Part shown: positions 24,540-32,821 of the stretch, one piece after another
How positions within the stretch are numbered: position 1 is the first letter of the stretch
How the letters are laid out: each line of letters begins with the position of its first letter
Source: a virus
Taxonomy: Duplodnaviria; Caudoviricetes
Virus record (IMG/VR): IMGVR_UViG_3300021962_000304
Location: 1-36,001 of that record
Reading direction: 5' to 3' (one strand)
DNA length: 36,001 nt
The notes under the pieces: generated by a model
Databases searched by the model: none
Seen by the model: only the letters and a program-made list of their open reading frames with translations
What the model was told of the DNA's origin: nothing
Position numbers and translations under genes: made by a program

Positions 24540-27268
24540 CACAACACAGCCCAAATACCCATAGTGAATGCGGCCAACTCAACGTCAATTTTATTGAACC
24601 TAAATCTGTTCGGAAACAACAGGTGGTCAGTAGAAGTTGTTACCTGTTCGTGAGCAGAAAACCGTGTCCTATAAATCCTGCCTGCATACGGATCAAGGTA
24701 ATCATCCTCAAATCGTGTGTAACCCAAACTCAGTTCGTCTGTCAACGCTTCAAAACTTGAAGACATAAGACGATCAGCAAAATTCTTGACTGTCGTAGTC
24801 CGTTCTGATCTCTGTTTTACATTCCCGGTCGTGCGATGGTAGTCAAACGCCGAAATGAGTGCTTTTACAGACGGTGTTCTGTCTTCGTACATATGAACCA
24901 TTTCGTGAATTGCCGTTCCAAGAGTCGAATACGGCGACATACGGACTACTTGATTCGCAGCGCTCCACGAACTAGCCGTTTCGGCAATGCCCTCCACACG
25001 GAATTTCCCGGTCGCTTTGATTCGTTTCAACCAATCTGTAGGTAACTCCTGCAATACCTCAGTAACACGCCGAGTCAGGGTTTCCGCCATCTTTTTTTCG
25101 GCTGTGTAAAACATTGATTTCGCATCTGCCTCGCTAATACCGAAATCTCGTATTTCTTTCAACACTTGCAAACGGATCGCTCGAGAACTGTCAGCGACAG
25201 GTTCGTTCAACTCAACCCACTTTTCGCCTGCTCGTGCGCGTAGTTCCATCAAATTCTGCACCACTCGCTCTACATTGCCTGTCGCCAACAAGTCGTCAAA
25301 CTTGAAGTCAATTCCTAAAGCACTAGCCATTTCTTTGGCATCGTCTCGCATACGGACAATTCTGTACTGGGTGAATAATGGATCATCTGGACCAATAGGT
25401 TTACCACCAGCGGTGTTCAAAGTTTTCACGAATGCGGCCAAACCAGTATCAAACGAATCAATTGGCAAATCCATTTGTGCCGCTGTCTTCAGACGCTCGC
25501 TCTCTACAGAATATTCGCCGGGTACAAATGAATTTTTTGCATCAATTCGACGTTGGACTTCTTGGTTGATCAGCGAACCTAACTCGGTCACATCAAACAT
25601 CAATTGCATAACTTCTGCGTTTGGAACCAACCATCCGTCAACATCAACAAGCCACGCTTTATGGATCTGAGACGGTGTTTCAGCCGGGATCTTCGTTTGG
25701 TCCCACACATCGGCGGCCACAAAACTTTCTTCATCCAGCAACATATCGTTGCCACCGTCCGGATTAGAAAACGTATTCAATTGACCGAGGAAATCCGACG
25801 GGTCGCCGCCATCCAGAATTTTCAATTTTGCTAGTCGAGCGGCCACAGATTCACGAAGATCAACAATTTTCTGCATTTCGGCAGATCGCCCGGTGGCTGT
25901 AGGAGTCTGTTGACCGGCTCGCCATTGATCAACAGGCGTAGGTTCAATCCCGCGCTCGCGCGACCATCGCACGTGAGCAGCATAGCGGCCAGCCTCAGAA
26001 CGAGAAGCAAATTTCGCTTTTTCTAAATCTGCGAGGTTTGCATCGCCACGAATCTCTACCGGAATATCAAGATCACGATCTTCCAACATTGATTCAACAG
26101 ATTCTTTGCTGTCTTCGTCCGCAACCCAAATACGAGCAATATCGGACAGAGTTACACCGCCCAAAACCTGCGCTTCGGTGTAACCGCCACGAATATCAAC
26201 AGGACTAGGTCGTTGCGAAAAACCGTGTCCCAAATGATCACGCAATTTTTCTGCCGTCACTTCTTTGACAGGTATTGTTCTGGCAACAGTCCCCAGAGAA
26301 TCAAGACCTGCCAAAGTTGTGCGTGACAGAACTGATGGCTTCAGTTCAACAGCGATCTCACCGTATGAATTTGAGTTTTCACTCCACTTGCCACGCTCGC
26401 TGTCTCGAGGTTCAGTCATATATGAACGTGGCATAGCCGAACCGTAGATCGGTCGTTTTGTTGGGAGACAGTCCGTGACAATACCCATTGCGGCGGCCTC
26501 ATAGGCTGCTCGTGTGTTGGGGGACAACAAACCTCCAGAACCCCCGGTAGCGAACTGAGATAAAAACTGTTCCTCGTCTAGAACGAGTTCCAAACCTGTT
26601 TCGTCAATGTTCACAAAAATTGTCGGGTTGGCCGCCGTCTCGCGGTGGATGCTTTCTGATATGTCGTTAGCCCATTGTGTGCCGAATGTAGAAATTCGTG
26701 CTGCTTCAGACAACAACTCGGCAAGCATATAACCGACACCATCCTTTGTCGGGACTGTGCCGTCGTCACCGTAAGTTTTAGGGTAGACCTTCCACGATTC
26801 GGGGATCGTACCCAATAATTCAATAATTCTTGTAGCAAGAACCGCTTCTTCTTGCACCGACGCAGAAATTGACTCCGGTGTGTTCGTCTTTTTCAACTCT
26901 TTCAGTCGTTGCAAAGATTCTTGGACTTCCGGATCATTTTCAATTTGAAGAAGCGGCCTGAACGGTCGCCCACCCAAAGCCTCAGAGTAATTATCCGTAG
27001 GATCAACAAAATCTTCCTTGACCGCCACAGGAGGTTTTGGTTGCTCGGCAATCCGCCATACATCAGCCGGGACAGGTTCAACCCCTCGTTCTCGCGCCCA
27101 CCTAACGTGAGCCGCATACCTACCAGCCTCAGACCTCGAGGCAAACTCCGCCTTCTCCATCGTGTCGTTGGTTTTTCTTTGGACACCCAATGCAACCTTG
27201 ACCCGATGAATAAATGTTTCTTTATCACGCGCCGAACCGTATGGTCCCCGAATCACCATTTTGCTCAT
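24539..27268 (-). CDS. Effector 2 (two-module polyprotein): motif plus DUF3626-like domain, second motif plus HExxH zincin
   Basis: MEKAEFASRSEAGRYAAHVRW; FLSQF.TG.SGG, RPIYG, YG.I...LK, RTT...DS, YTEAQVLGG. Internal LEKAKFASRSEAGRYAAHVRW; AIHEMVH...DPYAGRIY...HEQVT. Confidence 0.8.
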   Translation of the reverse strand: MSKMVIRGPYGSARDKETFIHRVKVALGVQRKTNDTMEKAEFASRSEAGRYAAHVRWARERGVEPVPADVWRIAEQPKPPVAVKEDFVDPTDNYSEALGGRPFRPLLQIENDPEVQESLQRLKELKKTNTPESISASVQEEAVLATRIIELLGTIPESWKVYPKTYGDDGTVPTKDGVGYMLAELLSEAARISTFGTQWANDISESIHRETAANPTIFVNIDETGLELVLDEEQFLSQFATGGSGGLLSPNTRAAYEAAAMGIVTDCLPTKRPIYGSAMPRSYMTEPRDSERGKWSENSNSYGEIAVELKPSVLSRTTLAGLDSLGTVARTIPVKEVTAEKLRDHLGHGFSQRPSPVDIRGGYTEAQVLGGVTLSDIARIWVADEDSKESVESMLEDRDLDIPVEIRGDANLADLEKAKFASRSEAGRYAAHVRWSRERGIEPTPVDQWRAGQQTPTATGRSAEMQKIVDLRESVAARLAKLKILDGGDPSDFLGQLNTFSNPDGGNDMLLDEESFVAADVWDQTKIPAETPSQIHKAWLVDVDGWLVPNAEVMQLMFDVTELGSLINQEVQRRIDAKNSFVPGEYSVESERLKTAAQMDLPIDSFDTGLAAFVKTLNTAGGKPIGPDDPLFTQYRIVRMRDDAKEMASALGIDFKFDDLLATGNVERVVQNLMELRARAGEKWVELNEPVADSSRAIRLQVLKEIRDFGISEADAKSMFYTAEKKMAETLTRRVTEVLQELPTDWLKRIKATGKFRVEGIAETASSWSAANQVVRMSPYSTLGTAIHEMVHMYEDRTPSVKALISAFDYHRTTGNVKQRSERTTTVKNFADRLMSSSFEALTDELSLGYTRFEDDYLDPYAGRIYRTRFSAHEQVTTSTDHLLFPNRFRFNKIDVELAAFTMGIWAVL

Positions 27269-28068
27269 CGCACACCTGCCAGATACAGAGAAACCGACCC
27301 CTTGGAAACTGCCTCGCTCGGGGCGGCCACTTGCTCAAAATAAGCCAACATCTCGGGGCGTTCCGCACCATCGGCAATACTTTCCGGTGTCTCATACCCA
27401 AGTTCCTTGTATTCACGAACCGTCCCAATCCAAGGGAAATCCTGATTAGGGTCAAATTGACGCAAAGTGAAATCAATGATGATTGCATCATCAGAATCTT
27501 GTGGACCGATATGGGTTACGAAATGTGTTCCGTTTCCTTCGCCATACCACGGTTCACCGACCTCACGGAGAAATACCTCACCCTCCTGAACAACCCCTTT
27601 TTTCAAAAGAAACTGTCCTACATCGACCGAAGCAATACCACAATTCCCGGCGGCCAAAGCACCGTTCGCATAGGAACTGAGAGTGAGTCTGTCTTCCGAC
27701 ATCAAGTTCGCTTCCTCCTCAGGTACACCAGCGTCAATCAGGTCATCCAAAATTGAGTCGTCACCCAAACCCCAATGCGAAGTTCGGACACCAAGGATTG
27801 CCGGCACGAGTTTCTTGATCGCATCAACCGTAACCCCCTCTCCGGTGGTGTCTTTCTTTGAGTTGCCTTTCCACCGTTGCTCGGCCGCATACCTGCCAGC
27901 CTCAGACCTCGAGGCAAACTTGCCTTTTTCGACATAACGCTTGGCGGCATACAAGGCTCTCAACTGCGCCAAAGCCTTTGACCGAGAAGAATGTTTCCCA
28001 ACTACCTTCTCGGTTCCCTCACGAACGACGACATACTCGCCACCACGATTTTCTACCTTCCAAGGCAT
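27265..28068 (-). CDS. Effector 1: small basic N-terminal domain, shared motif, transglutaminase/papain-like Cys-His-Asp domain
   Basis: Start MPWKV at the TGATG overlap with MuF. VEKGKFASRSEAGRYAAEQRW; AGNCGIAS, THFVTHI and IIDFTLRQF. Confidence 0.7.
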   Translation of the reverse strand: MPWKVENRGGEYVVVREGTEKVVGKHSSRSKALAQLRALYAAKRYVEKGKFASRSEAGRYAAEQRWKGNSKKDTTGEGVTVDAIKKLVPAILGVRTSHWGLGDDSILDDLIDAGVPEEEANLMSEDRLTLSSYANGALAAGNCGIASVDVGQFLLKKGVVQEGEVFLREVGEPWYGEGNGTHFVTHIGPQDSDDAIIIDFTLRQFDPNQDFPWIGTVREYKELGYETPESIADGAERPEMLAYFEQVAAPSEAVSKGSVSLYLAGVR

Positions 28069-28973
28069 CAGAACTCCTCGTCGGGGAAAATTAGGAGAGC
28101 CGTACACCGACAATTCGGATGAGCCGGTGGCATCAACCGTCCGTTCGGGAACAGATCATTGACCGCAACTGTCTGACCAGCCAGTTCCTGACACTTTTCG
28201 CATACCTCTACGCCTTGCCAGCCGTCTGGTCCGATTACCCACTCTTTACGAAGCAACCCAGCCGGGAAACCAGACTGCTCTATGAATTGTTGCCATCCCA
28301 TAAAGCGTCCAGCGTTGTTCGCTGAGATGATTTCCGTGCGAGCAATCGTGTTCGCTCGAACTGTTGTCAACCTCGCTCTGTAGGCATCGGCCGCGGCGGT
28401 AGCACGAGTAGTAGCCATCCCGACCGTCATCCCTGTTGCGGTCAATGTGTCCAAAGTACGAGCGTAAAGGCTATTTACGGCTCTGCTCCACCGAGAATGT
28501 AGACCGACAAGACTTTCAATTTCCTTGGCGATCTGATTGACCGTCAATTGATCACGGTATCCGCGAGCCACCAAATCTTTGACCTGCAGCCGAACCTGCT
28601 CAGAAATCTCGACAATTAGATCCCCGGCTCGACGCTCCGCCCAAGCCAACGCCCTCGGATCTGTTACATCAAACGCCACTCGGATAGCGGCCGAGGAAGG
28701 CAGCGAACCGATCGCATCAGCCGCTGCCATCTGGATTTCGGCAAGTAAAGGCTGAATTATCAGAGGGGTGACCTCAGCCAAACCAGCCAAAATGTCCACC
28801 CCGGACAACTTGTTCAATATTTCGGCAGATGAACCCTTCCCAGATCCAATAGTCGTCATCAGGACTCGAGACAATTGGCGTGTAACCGCGTCCACCGCCC
28901 GAGCCATATCAACCTCGGTGCTGGTCAGTTCATATGCCTTAGTTAGAGATGTAGTCTTCAATCGGACCACCAC
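28068..28973 (-). CDS. Minor head protein, Mu gpF / SPP1 gp7 (MuF) family, no C-terminal toxin
   Basis: RANTIARTE, KEW, C..C..L.G and PPAHPNCRC, then stop about 11 aa later. Follows the portal; start approximate. Confidence 0.9.
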   Translation of the reverse strand: MVVRLKTTSLTKAYELTSTEVDMARAVDAVTRQLSRVLMTTIGSGKGSSAEILNKLSGVDILAGLAEVTPLIIQPLLAEIQMAAADAIGSLPSSAAIRVAFDVTDPRALAWAERRAGDLIVEISEQVRLQVKDLVARGYRDQLTVNQIAKEIESLVGLHSRWSRAVNSLYARTLDTLTATGMTVGMATTRATAAADAYRARLTTVRANTIARTEIISANNAGRFMGWQQFIEQSGFPAGLLRKEWVIGPDGWQGVEVCEKCQELAGQTVAVNDLFPNGRLMPPAHPNCRCTALLIFPDEEF

Positions 28974-30366
28974 TCTGCATCGGGGCTTCCGGAACAGTCT
29001 GCGCCGGGGCAACAGGAGCGGCCGGTACTTGATCTTGGGGGTTCGCATTGGGCATCATCTCCGCACCCATAGGCATTGCACCCTCCTCTTCCACCTTCGG
29101 CGGCAAACCGACGAGGTCGCGAACAAACTCATCCAACCCGGAATCAACCTGCAAAGCCCCAGCCCCAGCCATCTTCGTGATGAAATCACCGAGAACCTGA
29201 AGATCCGTTGTCTGCAATTCCTCGACGCGGAGCGTCGGCGGCCGTAGGGGGTCCATCCCGTTCATTTTCAACAGCCGAGGTATCGCATCTTTGTTCATCA
29301 CATCTGCCACTTGAGCGGTCATCTGAGCGATTGCTGTCATAAAAAGGTCAATTTTGGATGATCCGAGGGCAAAAGAACCGACTTTTTCGTGTCCCAGCAG
29401 GATGAAGTCAGCCAAAATCGTCATTGCAATCCGCTGGTCATATCGACCGACTACAGCATCAGTATTGAACTGCCGGTTACCGCCACTTGACAGAAGTGTC
29501 AACTTGTACATTTCTCGTCCACCCTCGTCAAAAGCGAGCGGGAAAAGAATGCCCTCGTTCTGGTTTCGTTTGATGCCCCGGACCAAGTTTTGGATCGCAT
29601 TTCGGGCGGCCACTTCATCAGCGGTTGCGGTCGATGACAGCATTGACGGTGGCACATAGGCGACCGGCAAGCCAGCGAGGTCGCGTTCAATGCCGATTGC
29701 CTCAATCTCTTCAATCGTCTTCTTGAACCGCCACGGGCGGTAGGCGTTACGGAGAAGCGACCGTCCCTCGGGGCTATTCCGCTGGTTTGATGTGCGGAAC
29801 AGAAGCGACTTTTCGATCGGAATCGTCACCAGTCCGGTTCCTGAACTCGGATCTAACTGTCGCATACCCAAAATGTCCCCATTTGGGGCGATATCCCAAT
29901 CAAAAAGTGTCTCTTGCGCTCGGTTTGCAAGTCGCCGCCAGCCGATCCTGCCATCGTCGTACCGAGACTGTTTGCGCTTATCCTTGGATTCCATCCCATT
30001 GCGCTTTTTGTAGACGATTTCACAGTATGACCAGCCGTAGGTCAAGAACGACAGGATTTGCGAGAGCGTGGTACTCCACGAATCCTCCATATCGTCCAAA
30101 CATTCTTCGACGAACTGGGCGACTTTCTCATCCTTTTTGGCGGCCTTGGTACTCTTCGCATCCTTGTACGGATCTACGTGCCATTTCAGATTCAAGATCA
30201 TTCGCTCGACTGCGAAAATCATCGCTCCGATAACCGGGTCATTGTCCGCCATCTCGCGGTAGGTCCGAGCACCACGAAGTCCTTGAAGACCGGCGACGAA
30301 TTCATCTGTAACCGAGCCACCGGATCGCTGATATCCGTATGTTCCGATTTCTTTCATGTCAGCCAC
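28939..30366 (-). CDS. Portal protein (DUF935 / Mu gp29-like)
   Basis: YREMADNDPVIGA, L.YGWS..EIVYK, PEGRSLLRNAYRPW.FK, GIERDLAGLP and ILADFILLG...GSFAL motifs; likely GTG start at 30366. Confidence 0.9.
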   Translation of the reverse strand: MADMKEIGTYGYQRSGGSVTDEFVAGLQGLRGARTYREMADNDPVIGAMIFAVERMILNLKWHVDPYKDAKSTKAAKKDEKVAQFVEECLDDMEDSWSTTLSQILSFLTYGWSYCEIVYKKRNGMESKDKRKQSRYDDGRIGWRRLANRAQETLFDWDIAPNGDILGMRQLDPSSGTGLVTIPIEKSLLFRTSNQRNSPEGRSLLRNAYRPWRFKKTIEEIEAIGIERDLAGLPVAYVPPSMLSSTATADEVAARNAIQNLVRGIKRNQNEGILFPLAFDEGGREMYKLTLLSSGGNRQFNTDAVVGRYDQRIAMTILADFILLGHEKVGSFALGSSKIDLFMTAIAQMTAQVADVMNKDAIPRLLKMNGMDPLRPPTLRVEELQTTDLQVLGDFITKMAGAGALQVDSGLDEFVRDLVGLPPKVEEEGAMPMGAEMMPNANPQDQVPAAPVAPAQTVPEAPMQSGGPIEDYISN

Positions 30367-30380
30367 ACGGCGACAGTAGC

Positions 30381-30413
30381 AAAGAGGGGTGAGACAGCAT
30401 CCCACCCCTCTTT
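30381..30413. terminator. Hairpin / probable intrinsic terminator upstream of the portal
   Basis: 11-bp inverted repeat aaagaggggtg/cacccctcttt, followed immediately on the minus strand by -10-like TACTGT (30373-30378). Confidence 0.65.
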
Positions 30414-30432
30414 AGCAACGATTTAGGCTCTG

Positions 30433-30837
30433 TTAGTCGCCTGAATCAATCTCGTACCTGTAGTCGCACTTCTGGCACGACGATTTGTAGAAACACCGAC
30501 CAGCCCGAACGGTACGAATGTCGTGGTCACAGCCATAAACGGCAATACGGATCGGATCGTTGCGGCCGTACAGGTGCAAGACACCGATGTTGGTCATCGG
30601 AGAAATTGCGGACATTCCACCGTGATCCAGAGGGAACAAACGCATCAATCCGCCATAAGCGAATTCGCTTACCAGACCCTCAAAGCGTTCTGCCAGCGGT
30701 GTTCCGTACTCAATCGCCTTCCACAAATAGTCAATAGACGATTCGAGGGTGTCGCATTCAATGACCTTGACGAGTGGCAGAGTCATTTTGCCATCCACAA
30801 TGGCGGTTTTGAGTCGATAAGCGAACTGCTTATTCAT
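30433..30837 (-). CDS. Hypothetical protein (134 aa), C-terminal Cys/His cluster
   Basis: AGAGGGG RBS; GCDH...CQKCDY..EIDSGD. Confidence 0.6.
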   Translation of the reverse strand: MNKQFAYRLKTAIVDGKMTLPLVKVIECDTLESSIDYLWKAIEYGTPLAERFEGLVSEFAYGGLMRLFPLDHGGMSAISPMTNIGVLHLYGRNDPIRIAVYGCDHDIRTVRAGRCFYKSSCQKCDYRYEIDSGD

Positions 30838-31018
30838 TGCTGTCCCCCTCTTGGTGATCCGACCGAGTCAGTTTTTCCAAGCCCAAAATCATCAGGATTG
30901 TTGATGAGGCTGTGCAAAAAAGTGTCACAAAAGCGAAATTTGAGGGATCTTTCAACCCGAGAACAAACATCCCGAGGAACTGACAGCCGATTGCTGCGTG
31001 AAGCCACCGAACATTCAT
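30830..31018 (-). CDS. Small membrane protein (62 aa)
   Basis: ATG overlaps the upstream TGA; two hydrophobic segments. Confidence 0.5.
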   Translation of the reverse strand: MNVRWLHAAIGCQFLGMFVLGLKDPSNFAFVTLFCTASSTILMILGLEKLTRSDHQEGDSNE

Positions 31019-31347
31019 TTGCCCAAAACCTCCCTGCGGCCAGCCTCGGTGATCGCTCGGATAACCATATGGCATCCGGTCATACCGGGTCGCGTGAACA
31101 GGGTTCGGATCAAGAATCCGTCTGCCTCGAGTTCCGAACACCGTTTCCAGTAACTGCACTTTGGCTTGTTGATTAGCCCGGTGATAATGCCAGCCTCTTC
31201 GTCGGTCAATCCCTCGGGATTGTTGAAATAGGCGTTCAGCAAAAGCATTTTCTGGGTTGGTGTTCGACCCTGAACGCTGACCGCCGAGGCGTGTGATGTG
31301 GCTGGATCAGTTGCCCGAACCAGCGAGGTGATCGGTGTGGGTTGCAT
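31015..31347 (-). CDS. Winged-HTH DNA-binding protein
   Basis: RATDPATSHASA, GLTDEEA, KRCSELEADGFL and ITEAGR motifs; strong AAGGAGG RBS. Confidence 0.7.
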   Translation of the reverse strand: MQPTPITSLVRATDPATSHASAVSVQGRTPTQKMLLLNAYFNNPEGLTDEEAGIITGLINKPKCSYWKRCSELEADGFLIRTLFTRPGMTGCHMVIRAITEAGRREVLGK

Positions 31348-31399
31348 TTTTCCTCCTTGTCCCCTCGGGACATAAAGGATGGTACGAACTCACTTCACC

Positions 31400-31720
31400 C
31401 TAGTCAAGCATTTGCGACAGGCGATCCGCGATTTTCTGTAAATCGGCAGGCCGCCAGATATGTACTTCACAGCCACCTGCGGCCAAGGTGTCCAGCCAAA
31501 CCTGTTGCTCCGGAGCCACCCTGCCCTTCTCCCCCTTCAACTCGGCAAACACCGTACCCCTGTTCGCATGGCTCAAAACTAGATCGGGAAATCCTCTGTG
31601 ACCTTGAATCGGGGTACTCCATTTGCCAGATCGGTTCAGGGCAGGCCGCGTGTGCATAACCAGCCAACCCAACTGTTTCGCTAAAGCGACGACCTGTTTT
31701 TGGAATTCGGCTTCCAGCAC
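31400..31720 (-). CDS. VRR-NUC domain nuclease
   Basis: EAEFQ..V, GFPDLVL, FAELK..KGR..PEQ..W and WRP.D motifs. Confidence 0.85.
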   Translation of the reverse strand: MLEAEFQKQVVALAKQLGWLVMHTRPALNRSGKWSTPIQGHRGFPDLVLSHANRGTVFAELKGEKGRVAPEQQVWLDTLAAGGCEVHIWRPADLQKIADRLSQMLD

Positions 31721-31729
31721 CTTCGCATA

Positions 31730-32554
31730 CTAGCCAGCGAACTCGTCTGCGTCTTGAGAGATGAACGCCCCTCGACACTCGTGGTAAAAATTGCACCACA
31801 CCGGGGAGCACAGGAATGACTCCTCATTCTTCGCCCACGGCTCGTCAGCACCGAAACGAATGGCGAACCGCGCCACATCCGCCAACTGCCTCAAAAACCA
31901 ATCTGAGTGTTCCTGCCGGCGTTCCACGGTCACAATCTGGCTGGAAGCGGACTTTTCACCACGAACCATGACCCCGAAGTTGAATTTCATAGGCAATTCC
32001 AGTTGCCGCTGCAGGCTCATTGCCGTCGCATAGGTCGAAGCCTGAATTGAGCCCTTCTGGTATTGCTTCTGGCTGTACTTCTTGCCGGCGGTCTTCCAAT
32101 CCCACAGCACATCGCCCGAGGGCGGCACATAGTCAATGGTCCCGGTCAACCCGACCTCAATTCCGTCAATCTCCATCACGACGACCGAGAAGTTCTTCTC
32201 ACATTGGCCGCCTAATTCGACGTGAGGGAGGATTCCATCCGCCCACGCCCTAGCGCACCTGCGAGCGTGACCGGGCAATTGTTCAGCCTCGTATTTGTTG
32301 TACGACACCTCGTCGGTGATCAGTAGCGAAACGACCGCATCGTTGGTTGCGTCTTCAATGTCTTTGGGGTCCACGTGCCCCTCCAGAACCCCCTGAATTG
32401 CCGTATGAACGCCTGTACCAATCAAGGCAGCATCAGAGGTCATTCTCGGCTGATCAGCCTTCACAGCCTTCAATCTTGCCCTCTCAGGGCAATCGAGGAA
32501 CTCTTTCAACCACGACTGACGGAACCACAAACGACCTTCAAGATCACGAAACAT
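31730..32554 (-). CDS. PD-(D/E)XK RecB/Cas4-like exonuclease
   Basis: S.L..F.DCP, GTGVH, E...GTIDY...DWKT, QASTY and C-terminal C...WC.F...C motifs. Confidence 0.85.
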   Translation of the reverse strand: MFRDLEGRLWFRQSWLKEFLDCPERARLKAVKADQPRMTSDAALIGTGVHTAIQGVLEGHVDPKDIEDATNDAVVSLLITDEVSYNKYEAEQLPGHARRCARAWADGILPHVELGGQCEKNFSVVVMEIDGIEVGLTGTIDYVPPSGDVLWDWKTAGKKYSQKQYQKGSIQASTYATAMSLQRQLELPMKFNFGVMVRGEKSASSQIVTVERRQEHSDWFLRQLADVARFAIRFGADEPWAKNEESFLCSPVWCNFYHECRGAFISQDADEFAG

Positions 32555-32578
32555 CTATCCTCCAATTTTGCAGCCACT

Positions 32579-32815
32579 CTAGCGAGGGCGTGTCTGATAC
32601 TTCCGTTTCCGCGAAATCCGAACCCGAGCCGGGTCAAACGATCGCATTCGGTGTCGTTTCTCATCCCAGACCGCAAACGACCCGTCTGCCAGCCAAACAT
32701 ACTGGAACAAAAATTCGCCTTTTAGCCCGTCTACGACGACAGCCACGCCCTTGGAAACCTCAATACCCCCGATTACTGCTGTCTCACAGATGTTCCGCTC
32801 CATTGCGGCCACCAT
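32579..32815 (-). CDS. Small basic SH3-like hypothetical protein
   Basis: 78 aa beta-rich; G..VVVDGLKGEFLF and RSFDPARV. Confidence 0.55.
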   Translation of the reverse strand: MVAAMERNICETAVIGGIEVSKGVAVVVDGLKGEFLFQYVWLADGSFAVWDEKRHRMRSFDPARVRISRKRKYQTRPR

Positions 32816-32821
32816 ACAGGG

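Noticed and set aside
20845-27927. Repeats as a CRISPR array
   Set aside because: The repeats are in-frame coding, degenerate at third positions and spaced 0.7-1.8 kb apart; there is no repeat-spacer periodicity and no cas operon.
19870-28113. Array genes as frameshifted fragments (pseudogene) of one giant polyvalent protein
   Set aside because: Most junctions are clean ATGA/TGATG overlaps and one is a short overlap with an RBS. The catalytic motifs are intact, which fits translational coupling of separate genes.
31730-32554. Cas4 as evidence of a CRISPR-Cas system
   Set aside because: Stand-alone RecB/Cas4-like exonucleases are common in phages, and there are no other cas genes or arrays.
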